Of a stretch of DNA of 64,000 nt, positions 14,148-28,574 are shown piece by piece. Position numbers and translations under genes: made by a program. The notes under the pieces were generated by a model, which worked only from the letters and a program-made list of their open reading frames with translations, made no database searches and was not told the DNA's origin. The stretch spans positions 207,154 through 271,153 of the forward strand of contig NMRA01000038.1 of the NCBI GenBank assembly GCA_002633005.1, given 5' to 3'. The stretch comes from Phoronis australis (taxonomy: Eukaryota; Animalia; Phoronida). The number at the start of each line of letters is the position of its first letter. Within the stretch, counting starts at the first letter, position 1.

Positions 14148-14719
14148 CAAAAAACAAGGATTCGTGTACGTAGTGGTTACGTAAGACAGAACGTCGCTTT
14201 CCAAGATGTTTTTAATCACGTCCACCAAAGAAAATTATATTTGGATCGACAAAAAGCGTGAATTATACACCTATTGGTCAAATCAATATCAGTGGCTTCA
14301 ATGGAAACGTTTTCCACTGTAAAAATGTTGCGTCATTTCCATTGCCGGAGACAAACTTTATCGCATTTTTGATCGTTGATCTCTCAAAGTTCCTCAGAAC
14401 TACTTAAACCATGAAATTCGTGAAAAGGGCTGATTAACCGTATCAAATTACTTTACAAAATTCTTTGCTATTATTGCAATTTGTTTCATTTAGAATTGAG
14501 AGACGACCTGTGAAATTGTGTCTTGATAAGTCAAAGAAACTTTTGATTGAAACCATTAAGATATCGATAAATGTGGTCGGCGTTCCATAGGCACCAGACG
14601 TGCCGAAACTGCAAGATCGCACACGATTTTTCGAGATATAGCCACGTATTACAACCGAAGCACGTTATCCCAATAGCTTCCTTAGCGAGATTCCTGCGTC
14701 TGTTGAACTCGATCCTGGT

Positions 14720-14915
14720 CCCGATGTTTAATTATTTTTACTTGAAATCGAACTTGACAGTTTCCTTTATCCTTTAGTGCGATCTTAATACAGTTCTCAG
14801 TCAGTCGGTGCTTCACTATATTATGGATTACGCAAACGAATGTGTAATCCAAAATTCGCACTTGATGAACCCTAGATTCGAGCTACGAGTTCCAGATTTC
14901 GAGTCAGACTCTAAC
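14720..14915. repeat. Dispersed repeat with an inverted, diverged copy at ~48165-48395
   Basis: tacttgaaatcgaacttga matches tcgagttcgatttcgagta; cacttgatgaaccctagattcgagctac matches gtagttcgaacctagggggtcctcaagt. Confidence 0.5.
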
Positions 14916-16574
14916 GTATATATTTAATGCTGTAATCGCGAGCACAGAACAGTGGGGATCTAGGCCAAAAGACATAGTCTGCGTCGTTTTTTGTTTTCGT
15001 TTGTTTTTTAATTCGAGTCGGCTGTGCGGGTTTTTTCACTTGCTCAGTTCTTCAAAAGAAAAACCCACCAGAGATCAGCAAACATGATTCGGGGTCTGAT
15101 TTTTTTTTTTTTTACTCATCGCTTGGCAAATTATGGCGTTTGAAATCTTGCTCCTTACGTATGTGCCTTTGTGCAGCCTTTAAAAAACAACACGAGTTCT
15201 TTGCTGATATTGATGCAGTGAGCCCCGGTCTCAAAATGAGTCGGCCAGGTAGAGACCATAACAGGTTATGTTCCTGTGACTTTATCTTGAGTACGTACAT
15301 GTACTAAATTAGAACGGGAAATTTCCAAATAATTTCGATTTCTGTTCAATGAGTTAAGTCCGTACCCTAGTATCAACTTCTTTGTTGCTCATTGCTATGA
15401 CAATAGAATTGTTAGCTTAATAAGAACTGACAGTTTTGAACTTGTAGACCCGATCTAAATCTCAAACCCAGAAATCTCCTCTAATTTCAGTAAAGACCAA
15501 GTTGAGACCAATTTCTGATATGCATGTATGGCAGTTATCTGAATTGGAAGTTATTTTCGACTATATATTCAACTTCACCGATAAGCATGCACACAGAAAC
15601 TTTATCGTTTATATGAGAACCATCATCTAATTACTAGAACGAAACGCTGAGAACTTGTGAAACGCCCATTCACCTGTTCACAGAAATTTTTACCAATTGT
15701 ACTGAAGTCACCTTGACTTTTGCTTTGAGTAATTCCAAACACGAGCTCTGTCAGTCGTGATAGAGATGCCCCGGATATCTTTGCACAATGCACCTGTTCT
15801 TAGGAAATTACAAACATTACCTTACACCTACTAATTCTATGAGTACAGTGTGTTTGTTAATTCAGTCTGACTACGCGTGCAAGAAGACGTTTAGGGAGAA
15901 CAGGCTACCGCTTATGTCACACCTAGCCCCGCTATCCCCTACCATTGAAAAACAGCGCCCCCACACTATAATCAACAAAAATGACGACCACTGTCACGAA
16001 AACGACGACCACCATCACGACGATTAATGTCGGAAAGCAGAAGCGACGAAACCAAAAAAGTAATGAAGCAATTCACCTACCTCGATATAATCTGAGTACT
16101 GAGATTTAAAGCTTTTTAACATTATTTTGTAATCCTATTTACACGTTTCTTTACGTAAAAAGCGCTATTTCTCATATTCCCACACTAGCCATATCCAGGT
16201 GTTACTTCATTGTGAAGAAACAGTGCACGGACAATTAAGCAATTTCCACCCAAGATGATTAACTAGCACGTCACTTTAGATATCTTAAAACATTGACGAG
16301 TAAAAGGAAGATTTTGCAATACCCTGCACCAGACGGTTGTAGGCGGCCACGCCGAAACGTAGAAAAAAGTTATCTCTTACTTCGATGATTTCGCAACTCA
16401 CTCATGCATACATGTACATGTACAGTTGTCTCAGCATCTGCCTTCAGCAACTTCACAGTTCACGCAATTACACTAGTGTTCTTAAAGTGAAATAATTATG
16501 AACATTTTATGCTAAACCTTCATGTACAGTAGCTTATATCTCCTTTCGTACGCATTTTTCATCAAGTAAATATA

Positions 16575-17830
16575 GATTATAACACAATATTACCCTCAAA
16601 TGGCAGATACAACCGTGTAATAACCCATAAAGTTATCTCACTAGTGAGATAACATTTTGGCGGGAAACCGAGGCCGGATTCGAACCCGGGTCTCAAGAGT
16701 TGCGAGTCGCCGACTTTACCACTACACCACTCAGCGGCTGACGTGAACGTGAAAATAGAATACTTAAATGAGCACGCGCAACAATCGCATGTTCAGCAAA
16801 GGGCATTGCACCGACATTTATACGCTATGAAAAAGAAGACGCATAATTTCCCGTAAAAACGATATTTTAATTCAGTGAAATTTTTCTCTCGTGTTCTCTC
16901 AGTTGTAAATCACCGATCTCCAATTTGAATGCGGGTATCGTGTTGTCGGGATCCTTCGACTTGAGCGTTATAGTCAGTTACTAGTGGTAACCTACTTTAG
17001 CAGACGATATTTTCCCGGTCGAAGCTTAGCGTGATGAAATGTGTTGTAAGCTAATAGTTGCTAAACCTTAATTTATAGATTCACTTTATTTCTGTTTTGT
17101 TTAAATTTTCAATTGCTTTTGAGTATAAGCATTATTTGACAGTAGTAGCTCGGCTTTTCTTAAAAGGTCACGACCTCCGACTCAGGGCCTCTGACATAGA
17201 AAGTAGTTACAAAGCCGAGGCGAGTCGAGAAAGGTAGATCGATTCATTGCAATTTTTCTCGTTCAGTATGTTGTATAAATAGGTTATTACATGTTCTAAG
17301 TCGTTATCGCCCCTCGGGCGAAAATTCTCCAAAATCCACTCGGGCTCTAGATAACAGGGGATAACGACTGCGCCATGTAATAATCTATATTTCTTACATG
17401 GCGAAATCGTTATCCCCGTAATCTAGAGCTAGAGCCCGAGTGGATTTTGGAGAATTTTCGCCCAAGTCAAAGGATCCCGCCGACGCGATACCCGCATTCA
17501 AATTGGAGATTGATGATTTACAAGTGAGATAAATTTAACTGAATTAAAATATGTTTTTTATGGAAATTATGAGTCTTACTTTTCATAGCCTATAAATGTC
17601 GGTACAATGCTCTTACATGCGATTGTTGCTCGTGCTCACTTATAAGTATTCTAGTTTCACGTTCGATGACGTCAGCTGCTGTGGTAAAGTCGACGACTAC
17701 AAACTCTTGCGGAGCGGGTTCGAAATCGACCTCGGTTTCCCGCCAAAATGTTACCTAACACCTTTTAATAACTAAATGGGTTATTACACGGTTGTATTGG
17801 TCATTCGAGGCTGATATTGTGGAATAAAAT
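16575..17830. mobile_element. Large foldback element: ~380-bp diverged arms (16575-16967 and 17459-17830) plus an inner hairpin (17315-17463)
   Basis: aaccgtgtaataaccc/gggttattacacggtt, aacattttggcgggaaaccgagg/cctcggtttcccgccaaaatgtt, ctccaatttgaatgcgggtatcg/cgatacccgcattcaaattggag; inner pair gggcgaaaattctccaaaatccactcgggctctag and its reverse complement. Confidence 0.85.
16667..16735 (-). pseudogene. tRNA-derived sequence (A and B boxes) in the foldback arm; more degenerate copies at ~17675-17737 and ~18095-18160 (+)
   Basis: GCTGAGTGGTGTAGTGGTAAAG...CCCGGGTTCGAATCCGGCCTCGGT; acceptor and T stems pair but the anticodon stem does not. Confidence 0.7.
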
Positions 17831-18279
17831 GCAATTTTGCTTCGAAAATATTATGCNTGGATTTTGGAGAATTTTCGCCCAAGTCAAAGGATCCCGCCGA
17901 CGCGATACCCGCATTCAAATTGGAGATAGATGATTTACAAGTGAGATAAATTTAACTGAATTAAAATATGGTTTTTATTGAAATTATGAGTCTTACTTTT
18001 CATAGCCTATAAATGTCGGTACAATGCCCTTACATGCGATTGTTGCTCGTGCTCACTTACTGATATAAGTATTCTAGTTTCACGTTCGATGACGTCAGCT
18101 GCTGTGGTAAAGTCGACGACTACAAACTCTTGCGGAGCGGGTTCGAAATCGACCTCGGTTTCCCGCCAAAATGTTACCTAACACCTTTTAATAACTAAAT
18201 GGGTTATTACACGGTTGTATTGGTCATTCGAGGCTGATATTGTGGAATAAAATGCAATTTTGCTTCGAAAATATTATGC
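17441..18279 (+). repeat. ~420-bp direct duplication across the N at 17857 (assembly overlap)
   Basis: 17441-17856 is nearly identical to 17858-18279. Confidence 0.9.
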
Positions 18280-21200
18280 GAAGCATCGACGATGACGAAT
18301 CGATCACAGTGTTTATGATGAATCAATGCAATGTGCTGAACGACTGAGGCATTAATACTTTTTTGTTCTTGTCGAGTACCTTTGATGAACCGAGTCCCGG
18401 ACCCACGTGACAACGGTTACAGGCGTCTGGCAGGCGTACTTGTGACAAGTCGTAATTGATTATTTAGCAGATTTAAGTAAGATCCACGAGGTGGTAATCG
18501 ATAAACAAAAATGTTTAACTTCAGCGAAACCGAATCGAATTCGTTTGACGTTTGGCGATGAACCAACAGTAGATCAGCATGACTTTTGATGTATCCGCGC
18601 AATCGATGCATGCTAAATGCAACAATCGTTTCTTGTACTTTTGCATGTGCGCAATGCGAACGTTTTAAAGTCACAATGCATGTAAGCTACTTGGACGTAT
18701 CTGGCTCTCGCTAGGACTACTTTTTTTAGCATCGCCGATATGAAATGTGCATTAGTACGTTGTCCTTCCGCCGAGTACATCCGTGCGATGTCAAATGCCA
18801 TCAATAAGTGAAGTAGCAAAAATGCAATTAATGAGTAAAAATGCCACAACAACCAGATTGAATGCTATCAATTAACTCCTACGTTTGTCTTCCATTGGGA
18901 CTACTTTATAGTTATTCATTGGCGTTCTCACGCCATCTTGGTCTCATAAAAACGAATCTCTTGTCTTAAGATTTCGTATTTAAAAAGATTTTGAAGGACA
19001 TTAAAAGGATCACTCGTCTTTCTGCAAATGCACATATATTGATTTGCTTCAATAGTGAATAATTATCTACCAGTTCATTAGGTAATTACTTCTTATCCAC
19101 ATGAGGGCGAAGGCGTCCCCGGGGATCGACATTGACTTGGTTTTATCATTTTTTACGTCGTCTAGCTTTCGAGTAGAACTTCTAAAGAGTCTTACTGTGA
19201 AATCATTTATTCATTTCGTAGCGTGCTATCTCGGGGGAACGCATTAACGAGTTGATTTATCGGGAAAGACTTAACAAGAAGTCATCTACTCTGTCTTTTT
19301 CTAAACAATGTATGACAACCTGAGTTGTTGTGAAAGTGTAACCGGACATTAAAAACGCTGTCATTTTGTTTTGAAGTCAATGTACCTTGAGAAATCGTTT
19401 CTCTAATGTCAACGTCATCTTTCCTATCGCGTCATCCCGGGAATGTATATCTATTCGAAGCTGCAAAATTTCCCGGTACAGGAGAACCGGAAACGTCCTC
19501 TCTTGAGTATTTTTAACTGCTCAGTACTTTTGACTTAATTTATATCCGTGTTGATTTCAGAATATTAGGAAACAATCGTTTACCCCTGAGTAATCATCGT
19601 GCTATCCACCACTTCACTTCTCAAATAAATACTCCAAATGAGTTATTGCCGTCTTGTTTTCGTAGCTCTTACAGTGCATTAAAAGTGAACAATAATATTT
19701 TTGAGATAAACGTTTCCTGTACGTTACGTTACATGTACCTGTGCGTATACCATGCAGTATAGACAATTTTTTAAAGTATTCAAAGCGAAATGTTTCTTTT
19801 TACGTTTATTGATAGGGTTTCTAAGCACCAACAGTCGTAAGTTCGCGTATTTCAATCCTGGGGAGAGGTTGTAGTCGGCGAAATCTTGCCAAAACTTAGA
19901 GGTACAAACAATAGCCAAAAATGGTGACGCAATATTGACTGTGAATTATCAAAGAATTAGATGAAATTTGGTGTGAAAGATTCTCTCAACACTACCGCAT
20001 TCATCAATCTCAACTAAAGACAATGAAGCAGCAGACTGCAAATGGACAGTTATGGCGATGACCTCGTGTGGATGCGTTCTAGATGATAAATGCCCACGAA
20101 TTATCTAACGCATGATTAATTCGCCGCTAATGACAAAGTCAATCGATGGCGTGAGTGACATTGTAAACTGTGAAGAACACATAATTACAACTGTCGTGTG
20201 GGATTCATCGGCGTGCAGCGAGTATCCAATTCAATGACCTGTACGTCACAGTGGACCGGCCTTGCAGAGTACTGCCGGATCTTGCCAAGCAGTATTTGTA
20301 AGCTATCTAGAACTATTGTGGCTCTGGTATAAGTAATTCAAGTGACCTATTGCACATTTTGGAAGCAGAAAACGGACAGTTCAGTCGTTATCTTACAGCT
20401 ATGAAACGGACGTCATGAGTTGCAGACGTGATTAGCACGTTTACAACAGGTAGGATTGGGATTTCTATGGATAACACTCGAAGTCTTTTTAATGTGTAGC
20501 CTCGTTCTAGCCTCCAGAGTGCAGTCGGTTTCGCTTACGCCCAAAATACAGTCAAGTTTCTGGCTGTATTGACTTCCTTATTAAGAGTCACGTGAGTTGA
20601 CTAGACTGATAAATGTCTTTGTTTTTGCATCCATGGTTATGTAGGACCGTATTGACAAGTGAGGGTACTTTGAGGAATGTTTATAAAAATCATAAAATTT
20701 AAACTCAGTTAAAGTAGATATTTTCAGAAAGAAGAAAGCCTAAAGAATTTGATTGCCCGAATCCAGCCATTATATCATTGATTTAGTCACGTGACCATGC
20801 ATTTTAAGTAAAATTTAGTAAAAAAAGAAATGTGAAGCAACGGTATCAATAGCAAGTTCAAATTTTATTCACTAGGAGTGTTCAAGATGAGCTCTCAATA
20901 ACTCTGTTGCGGTTTGATAAATATCGTTTGATTTTCGTTCTTAAAAATCCTAAAAGTCATATATTTGGTAGCTCCTCATGCAAAAGTGGAACTACTTTAA
21001 AGCCAGTTCTAAAGATGCCTTAGGCGATATATCCCATGCTGTAGTAGGCTTACGCTCTTGCACGAAAAAGCTGTCTGAGGGTGATAATAGTCTGAACAGT
21101 CATATTGGAAATGGAGAAAGAAACAGGGTCGTCTCAATTCATTAAACTGGAGACAATCAGTTTAATTTCGAAAAAGGGCCGATTTTAATAAATGACTAAT

Positions 21201-21428
21201 TTCAAATTTGAGGCCATAACAATGGTATAGACTTTACGGTAATGGTCGGATATAACGTGCTCGAATTTTGAGAACCAGTTTTCTCCACTAAATAATGGGC
21301 ATTTAACTGGTTCTCAAATTACGAGGACGTTATGTCCGATTATTGCCGACTTTACCAGAGGTAGATCTACTTCAGCAGCAGGTACCAGTGAACAATTCAT
21401 TAAAAATTCCGCATTCGTCGGTGGGTGT

Positions 21429-21595
21429 AATATGGGCGATGCAATATAGGAGCTGCAATATGGGCGGTGCCATGGGCGGTGCAGTATAGGCGGTGCAATA
21501 TGGGCGATGCAATATGGGCGATGCAATATAGGCGGTGCAATATGGGCGATGCAATATAGGCGGTGCAATATGGGCGATGCAATATAGGCGGTTGC
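21429..21595. repeat. Minisatellite, 14-bp unit (TATGGGCGATGCAA alternating with TATAGGCGGTGCAA), about 12 units
   Basis: Read directly; it explains the repetitive YCIAHIAPPILHR ORFs. Confidence 0.9.
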
Positions 21596-22654
21596 GATTA
21601 AAGTAGGCAAGTGTAAGCTTTGCGCGGATGAAGAGGTGCTTGTTACTTCCTGTGTCATGGACAACATTTACCCATATCTCTGCATCTCTGTATCTGCGCA
21701 CATTCGAAAGTGCGCACATGCAGTGGATGTATTTTCGAAAACTTCCCAAGGAGTGTTCACCATGGGTGCATTAATTACTAGTCAAACTTTATTCTAGATT
21801 CCAAAAATGAGCCCACCCAAGGACGAAATACCATGTTAATTTGACTATGAAAATTTACCGTGTTTTAGGGTGACCCTGCTGATTGCAAGCTGTTATTGTG
21901 GGAACGTTTTTTCAGTTTTAGTACAATGGGTGTGGGATACATGTATGATGAAATCCCTAGAGATGCATTCAAGCTCAATTGATGAAACTCGTCGGTGCAT
22001 CCTCATAATGAGAGCGTTTATGCGTGTGCCAATTAAAAGACAGTCTAGCTTGCCGATGTGTCTCAGTAATGTGATAATGTTCAGCAATTTTAACCTGCTT
22101 TAGACCACTTTTGCTTTTCTTTGCATATTACCGCTGCATGTGACCACATATTCATGCACTACACGCTTTCTCATGGATGTAACACCGGATATCCGTATGA
22201 CGAATGCAGAATCGTAACATACATATACACGCTAGTTTTGCGGGTCGTTCCTTTATACAGCTCATCCAAGAAAAACGACATATCAGTCTGGTACAATCTT
22301 ACAGTTCTACCCTAGAGTTTTCCATGGTGGCTTCCGTGTGCCCACCCGTTTCTGAAAAATCACTTTAAGCGCATTTTTACTTGTACCCGACCATATTTTC
22401 CTAGCTTCCATAACCACCAGATGACCCTGACCAGGTACTCATGCATTTTTTGTTCATAGTTCAATAAATATTTCGTCTAATTACATATTTTACATGCAGA
22501 GTACTTGCCCTCGAGAGATGATCTGAGCACTTTGTACCATGCTGTACAAATTATACGTATATGATACACAAGTTATAAATTTAGTTTACATAGTTTATAC
22601 ATGAAATAACATCCTTAATGAATAATGCAGATTAACACATCCATGTAAAAACTG

Positions 22655-22765
22655 GGCAAAAGACTTTACTCAAGGGTCGACTAGTGTGGTGTGGGATTTG
22701 AACACTCTAGTCGTTCGATTGGGAAGACGTACATGTAGCTCCACAATTAGGCCACACTGAATCCA
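22655..22765 (-). mobile_element. Degenerate tRNA-SINE head and core
   Basis: Minus strand reads gtgtggcctaattgtggagc...gtgttcaaatcccacacc...cccttgagtaaagtctt, resembling a tRNA head followed by a CORE-type segment. Confidence 0.45.
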
Positions 22766-25700
22766 TACTTGTTAAACATCAGCTTTGGCAAAGCACGAGT
22801 CCGCAATTTCGAGTTGGTGATGCATAGCGCGTGCAAAATAGTGTAGTTGAGAAGTGATTTACCTGGACAAGCCAATTTTGACATGGCGTGTTATGGGGAT
22901 TAGACAATAAAATGCACATTTTTTAAGCTAATTGTGCCAGTGTCCACGCAGAAAACTTCAGTTGGAAGCTCTCTGGTCAGACTGAACAATGAAACATGAA
23001 ATCGCGGCTGCCGGAGAAAACTGCCCACTGTTATATAAAGAGCGACATCGGTCTGAGTAACCGATGATCGCTAGAAATAATACTAGAGACTTGACGAGTA
23101 CAGGGATAATTTTAGAAAAACGTGGCCATGAATCAGTGGCTCACATGGCTTCAAACTCATTGGCCAATTTTAGGATCTATGGGTAACGTTAGTCGAATTT
23201 CCTTTTCCAATTACACTTGGGGGTAGCATTTAAATATGCGTGATTGTTCTGAACGGCTAACTGGCTGTCAGTTTAACACATAAATCCACAGTTGGGATCT
23301 GCATTTTCGCAATATGCTACACCCTCATATCGCTAAAATTGAATTGCACTGGATTGTAGTTGTATTAAATTGTGAATGCAACCAGTATTACTCAAAACAA
23401 AGTCAGGCAAAATTGTGACAGTTATAGTACACCAGTTGGCCCGAGTTTAACAATCATAGTGTCTCAATGAACTTTTTGTCCGCCAATGACACGGAACGCG
23501 CCTAAAATTATCAAAATTATCCCTGGAAGTATTTGATGACCATCGCTAAATTTGTTATAATGGCCGATAAGTCTTCCTACATATTGATAGGCCTAATATT
23601 GAGCGCCACCTGTCACAGATACGCAGAGAACTAATACTACTTTTGTCTAACCACTTTACTAGCGCCAACCGATTTTTTACACTCTTTCGATTAACAAAGA
23701 AAATTTCACCATTTTTGGTTTGAAAAATAATAGACAGCCAATGATAATGCAGAGAGTGCTTTGACCAGAGACGAGAAGAGTTTAGAAAATTGCAGAGTGT
23801 GTTGACCAACAAGCAAAAGCCGTAGCAGAACCCGAGACACATGTACAACAGGTTATACCATGCAAGTACCCAGCTTAAAAAATGGGGGGCTTGAATTTTT
23901 GAGAATGTGGACTTTTACGAAGATTCACGGGGTAGGCCTACGTTCATATCTATGAATTGAACCTTCGTCGAATTTCTGTAGTTTCTGCCTTTTTAATGGA
24001 CTTTTGTCTCGTTTTCTACTTTTTTCGAGTTTTTGTATCTCTGAGACGGACCGTTTTGCCCACTTTGCCAGATGGAGGCTCGTTCGAGCTCCCCGAGCAC
24101 CCCCCCCCCCGTTGCGCGTATGTATANTATACTGCTCATTAATAGGTTGCCTTAGTTTGTATTTTATTGTCTATTGTTGCGCTAAGATGGGTGAACACTT
24201 TTAACCAGAACAATAAATAAAGAATCCTACACTCGGCTCAGGCAAAACCTCTTGGAAATTTCGTCAAAATTCCGAGGTTTGCCGATGACTTTTGACAAAA
24301 TTTCCAAGAGGTTTTGTCCATGTCATAAACCTGAGACGAGTGTAGGATTTCTTTTCTCACATGAACCTTAAAAACGAACTTTTTCACCGAAAAACTCGAC
24401 GTGTCTAAAACTTTCAGCCACATGACGCAACTTTGTAAAAACACGCTTGCGCAATGTAAAGTAAACTCAGTTAATTTTTGTTAATAATTTCATTTTAAAC
24501 TTAACAATTGTAAATTGCATTCAGCTTTCGTAACACATGTTCAAGTTAGAATCTAATAATTAGTCTTTGAAATTGTAATATTAAAACTTAACAAATGTTT
24601 ATAAATAACAATCAGCTGGGCATCCCCTTGTGTGGCCACCGAATTGACCTTGAGACAGCACAGCTAGAAAGTCTCACCGCGTTTCTTGATTTGGGGTTCG
24701 TCTTCGTTTTAATGAAGGTGGATATGGAATTCGCCGCCGGAGATGGGTCCCTGTTAGAAGTTGTTTGCATGTCCTTCCGACTGGCAGTACGTGCAGTTGC
24801 GACACTGGATTTGTCAATCAAAACCTTGTCATCTTCATCGAATCCCGGTGTTGTTTGGTTGGCGCGCGTTTGGTTGTTGGCAATAGTGTTTTGCAGACGA
24901 TAAAGTGTAAGGCGTATGGATTTCAACTTCGCATTTCTTTGTGATTCGCCCATGCAATATAAAAAATTACGTACTCGGTGTTATTAACTAGTCGTGTCGT
25001 AACACTTTTCATTTCAGGTCATGAGAGAACAATGAGTACGACAATTTGACAATAAATAATTACCTCGTTTTCGGCGTACTGAAAGAAGTCCGACAGCAGA
25101 CGGCCACAAACTCGCGTTCGGTCCAAGGAACGATCTTTGATATCGACCTCTTACCGCTATAAAAGTGGTCTCAAGTTTTTCCTTAATCAGGCGGGGCTTG
25201 CAAAATGACAGTTGTTTTTTTCATGAGGCCATGCATAAAATGACAAACACTGACATACATGTATCAACCTGCAGAGTCTGGTCTCAAATACCGTCCGTTA
25301 GTTCTGAAGCCATGAAATTTGACAGTTTGAGACAGCCCAAAGTATTTTCATTAAGCTGGATTTATATTTCAAAAACTGACAGTTCAAACATCACTAGCAA
25401 TTCAACACAGTATTTGCATGTATGTGACATGTTCCCGCATGTTTTGGAATTAAGATGAACCAGTGATGCATAATGGTGGCGATCAGTGGTATTTTTTTAA
25501 AACTTATGTCTCCATGCGCGGTTAATGGCTTCTATACTTCATTATTACTCTTTTCACGGCCGCGATCATTTTGTTGCAAAAATATTTCGCTTATACAACT
25601 AGAAATAACATTTCTTTTGTCATATTGCAAATAAGATATTTTGAGTCACGCACATACATGTACGCCTGTATATAGTACGATCGGCTGCACGAGGGAAACC

Positions 25701-28574
25701 AACTTAATTTTAACTTACACTTTGATTATGGTTCGAATAATTCCTCTATTATTGTATTTGAAACGGGTTGACAGAATTCTGGCAAGCCACGCACGCGCGA
25801 TTAGTGCAAACAACATGTGACGTCATTTTGTGGCTTGTTCAATGATATGAGATTTAAAACAGAAATTTGGACTTTCGCTCCCACTTGACAATGGCTGAAT
25901 GAAAGTTTAGCAAAGAAATTATGAGCGCATCACTGTATAGAAATAATTTTTAGAAATTATCTCAGGAACTAGTAGAACTTTTGTTCAAGTGAGATTTAGC
26001 TTTTCATTTATACCGCATCCTCTTACAGTACGGTCACTCTAAAATTTTATTCAAAAAGCTCCGAACAAGATACGAATCCGGTTGTAGGCTACGCTTTTTT
26101 ATTCCAGAAAAAAAAACACTGTGACAAAAGTTTTCCCAGAGCATTTCTATTGACACCTATTTTTACGCATAATTACTATGAAAGCACTGCTAATCAAATT
26201 AAGTATCGCTTTGATGGCTACGGTTGATAAAACGCGTATTATCAGGCTGAGAAGACAACCATTGATTGAGCGGTTATAGCATGTGAGAAAGTTGGGGGCA
26301 AAATAATATCTGGTGTATTGTGTTAGCAAATTTCAAACATTTTATGTTTTACTAGGACTGGGGCATTTATTTTTCTTAATTGTTTTTTATGACTGGTCAA
26401 TTAAACCGATGTTCTTAGACGTGTGATATTCACTAGCATTACTGCCTTCAGGGGACGCGGCTAACAAACATCATCCTCGACTAAACCAATCGAAAATGCA
26501 ATAAAGAAACTTTTCACGATTCATATGTACTTGTACTTAGTTTTGGCTTAACTTGGTTTGTTTTTGGTGTAAACACATATTAGTTTTAAAATACACTATC
26601 ATCGCATTTGTATATTGTACTCAGTCACACACATAACATAATCAACATAAGCCTACTTTGAGAAAAAATGTTTTAGTAGCGTATGCAAAGACATTGGTGA
26701 AGTTTCAGACTGGACACACGTAGATTAGCTTGTGATAACGGCAAATTGGGTTAGAACATATTGTGTTTACACCTTAGCAATCAATTATTAGTTAATTCAA
26801 GCAGTCACTTATATCATGTTCATGTGGGTGGGCTACCTTTCGACTGTCTTGGAATGATGTAATTTTTGTTGACTGCTACATGCGCACCTAGTGCCCGATT
26901 ATAAATGTGTACTAACTCAATATACTGTTCACACGTTTGATATGAACAGCCTCCCTTTTAATCACGACTTAGGGATTCAGAAAAAGCCAAGTCACTTTTC
27001 AGAAAATTTTGCTTCTGAAATTCCATAAACCTGACGTTCTTTGAAATCTGCCTCTTAACCCACTGAAGACACTCGTTCTGCATCTTTTCAGTGAAAAACT
27101 TCACTCACAAACTCCACTACAAACTTGCAACTCGAGTTTAAATTTAGTCCTCTTTGGTTTCTAAATAAGTAGAATTAATCATGTAATTTTTAAAATTAAA
27201 ATAGCCGCCACAGTCGAGCAGCTATGAACTACACTTATAGATGGCCAGTACTGAAAAAACGCAAACATTTGTACGAGCGGCACTGTAACGTACGATTTGC
27301 TCTTACTATAGTGATGTCTCTCGACTCATGAAACATCTCTGTTTTAAACTGGTGAAAATGTATAGATTATAATTTTGTCGATGGAAAAGAAACCTTTATT
27401 TTTCGAATTCCCAATGTGAACCTTTTTGCTAAATTAAATTCGAAAAGGCATTCTTTCGAATAATTGGTAGTGCAAAAGGCGTCCATCTTCATGATTGACA
27501 CTTCTCACTTATCGTCTTTAGGGGATCACCCATGTCGGTCTCCGAAAGAAGCCCTTCTACTCTCAGGTCTTTACAAATACCTGATGCCCATCCCCCTGGG
27601 TACTCGATAATACTGAAAATATTGGACACCCACCCATTTAGAGAACGGGTACAAAAAGACCCGTGTGTAGCTTCTTTGGCTGTGTTCCAGAAACTATATG
27701 GTGTAATTCCATAAACGTGCCCTTCGTAGGATTCTTGTGGACAGCTGAAATTTTAACCCATTAACTTTAAATTGGTCTAAGTCCGGTAAACCCCGAGACG
27801 CTCGCAAAACACTTTTGGCAAGGAATCTTTTCTCATGAAACAGAAACCGTGAATCATATCCCATAATGCAACATTCCGACTTCACCGACCAATCGCTTCA
27901 GTGGATGCCGTTTTCCCCAGGATGTGCTAAAAAGGTCATTAGTATACTCGCGTGATTTTTCGTGGTTCTTGCTTTATGGCGAGATTCTTGCGTCTGCGGC
28001 ATACACCACAGTATCATTTCATTTAAAGATCGTTTACACAGGGAACGTGTACTATAGAGAGGTTTATTACAATTCGGATGATGGGCCCGGATGTGCATCG
28101 ACAGTGTAAATCGTGATACCATACCTACACTGTCGAACAAAGGGCGCAATGTTCAGTTGAAACAAAGAGCTATTTTCATTTTCACAGCAAGTGCTTGAGA
28201 CCAGCACGTTATGTTATTACTCCAGCACTGACATTTGCTTGGGATGGGCTTTTCACGTTGTACTACTTCCCAGATTCTGTTTTTTGAATGCCGGGAGCAA
28301 AGTTTTGCAAAGATGCCAGGAGCCAGTCTGTGCAGGAGCCTCCAATGACCCTAGTCTTTCATTTTACGGAGGTGGGGGCACTGAAGAAAATGTACCCTGC
28401 CGGAGCGACGGACCCCTGTACCTTTTGTAAACATTAATAACAAGGCACTGCGGGCGGCATATAACTTCAAAGTGGGTTCCAGTTCGTCATAGAGTCTGAG
28501 TCCAAGCTCCACTGGAATCTAACTTGCGGGGTGTTTGTTTTCCTAGAAATCTGTTGGGTGGAAATGTACATGTA

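Noticed and set aside
16667-16735. Functional tRNA gene (possibly Ala-CGC)
   Set aside because: The anticodon stem does not pair and the sequence lies within repeat arms
18613-18852. Signal-peptide-like ORF MLWHFYSLIAFLLLHLL
   Set aside because: TTG start, opposite strand to the receptor, no supporting exon structure
21429-21595. CRISPR-like array
   Set aside because: Contiguous tandem units with no unique spacers, no cas genes and a eukaryotic context
24595-25160. Coding-looking ORFs on both strands (CTYCQSEGH knuckle-like, RVCG THAP-like)
   Set aside because: Motifs are incomplete and frames are broken; at most an unclassifiable TE relic
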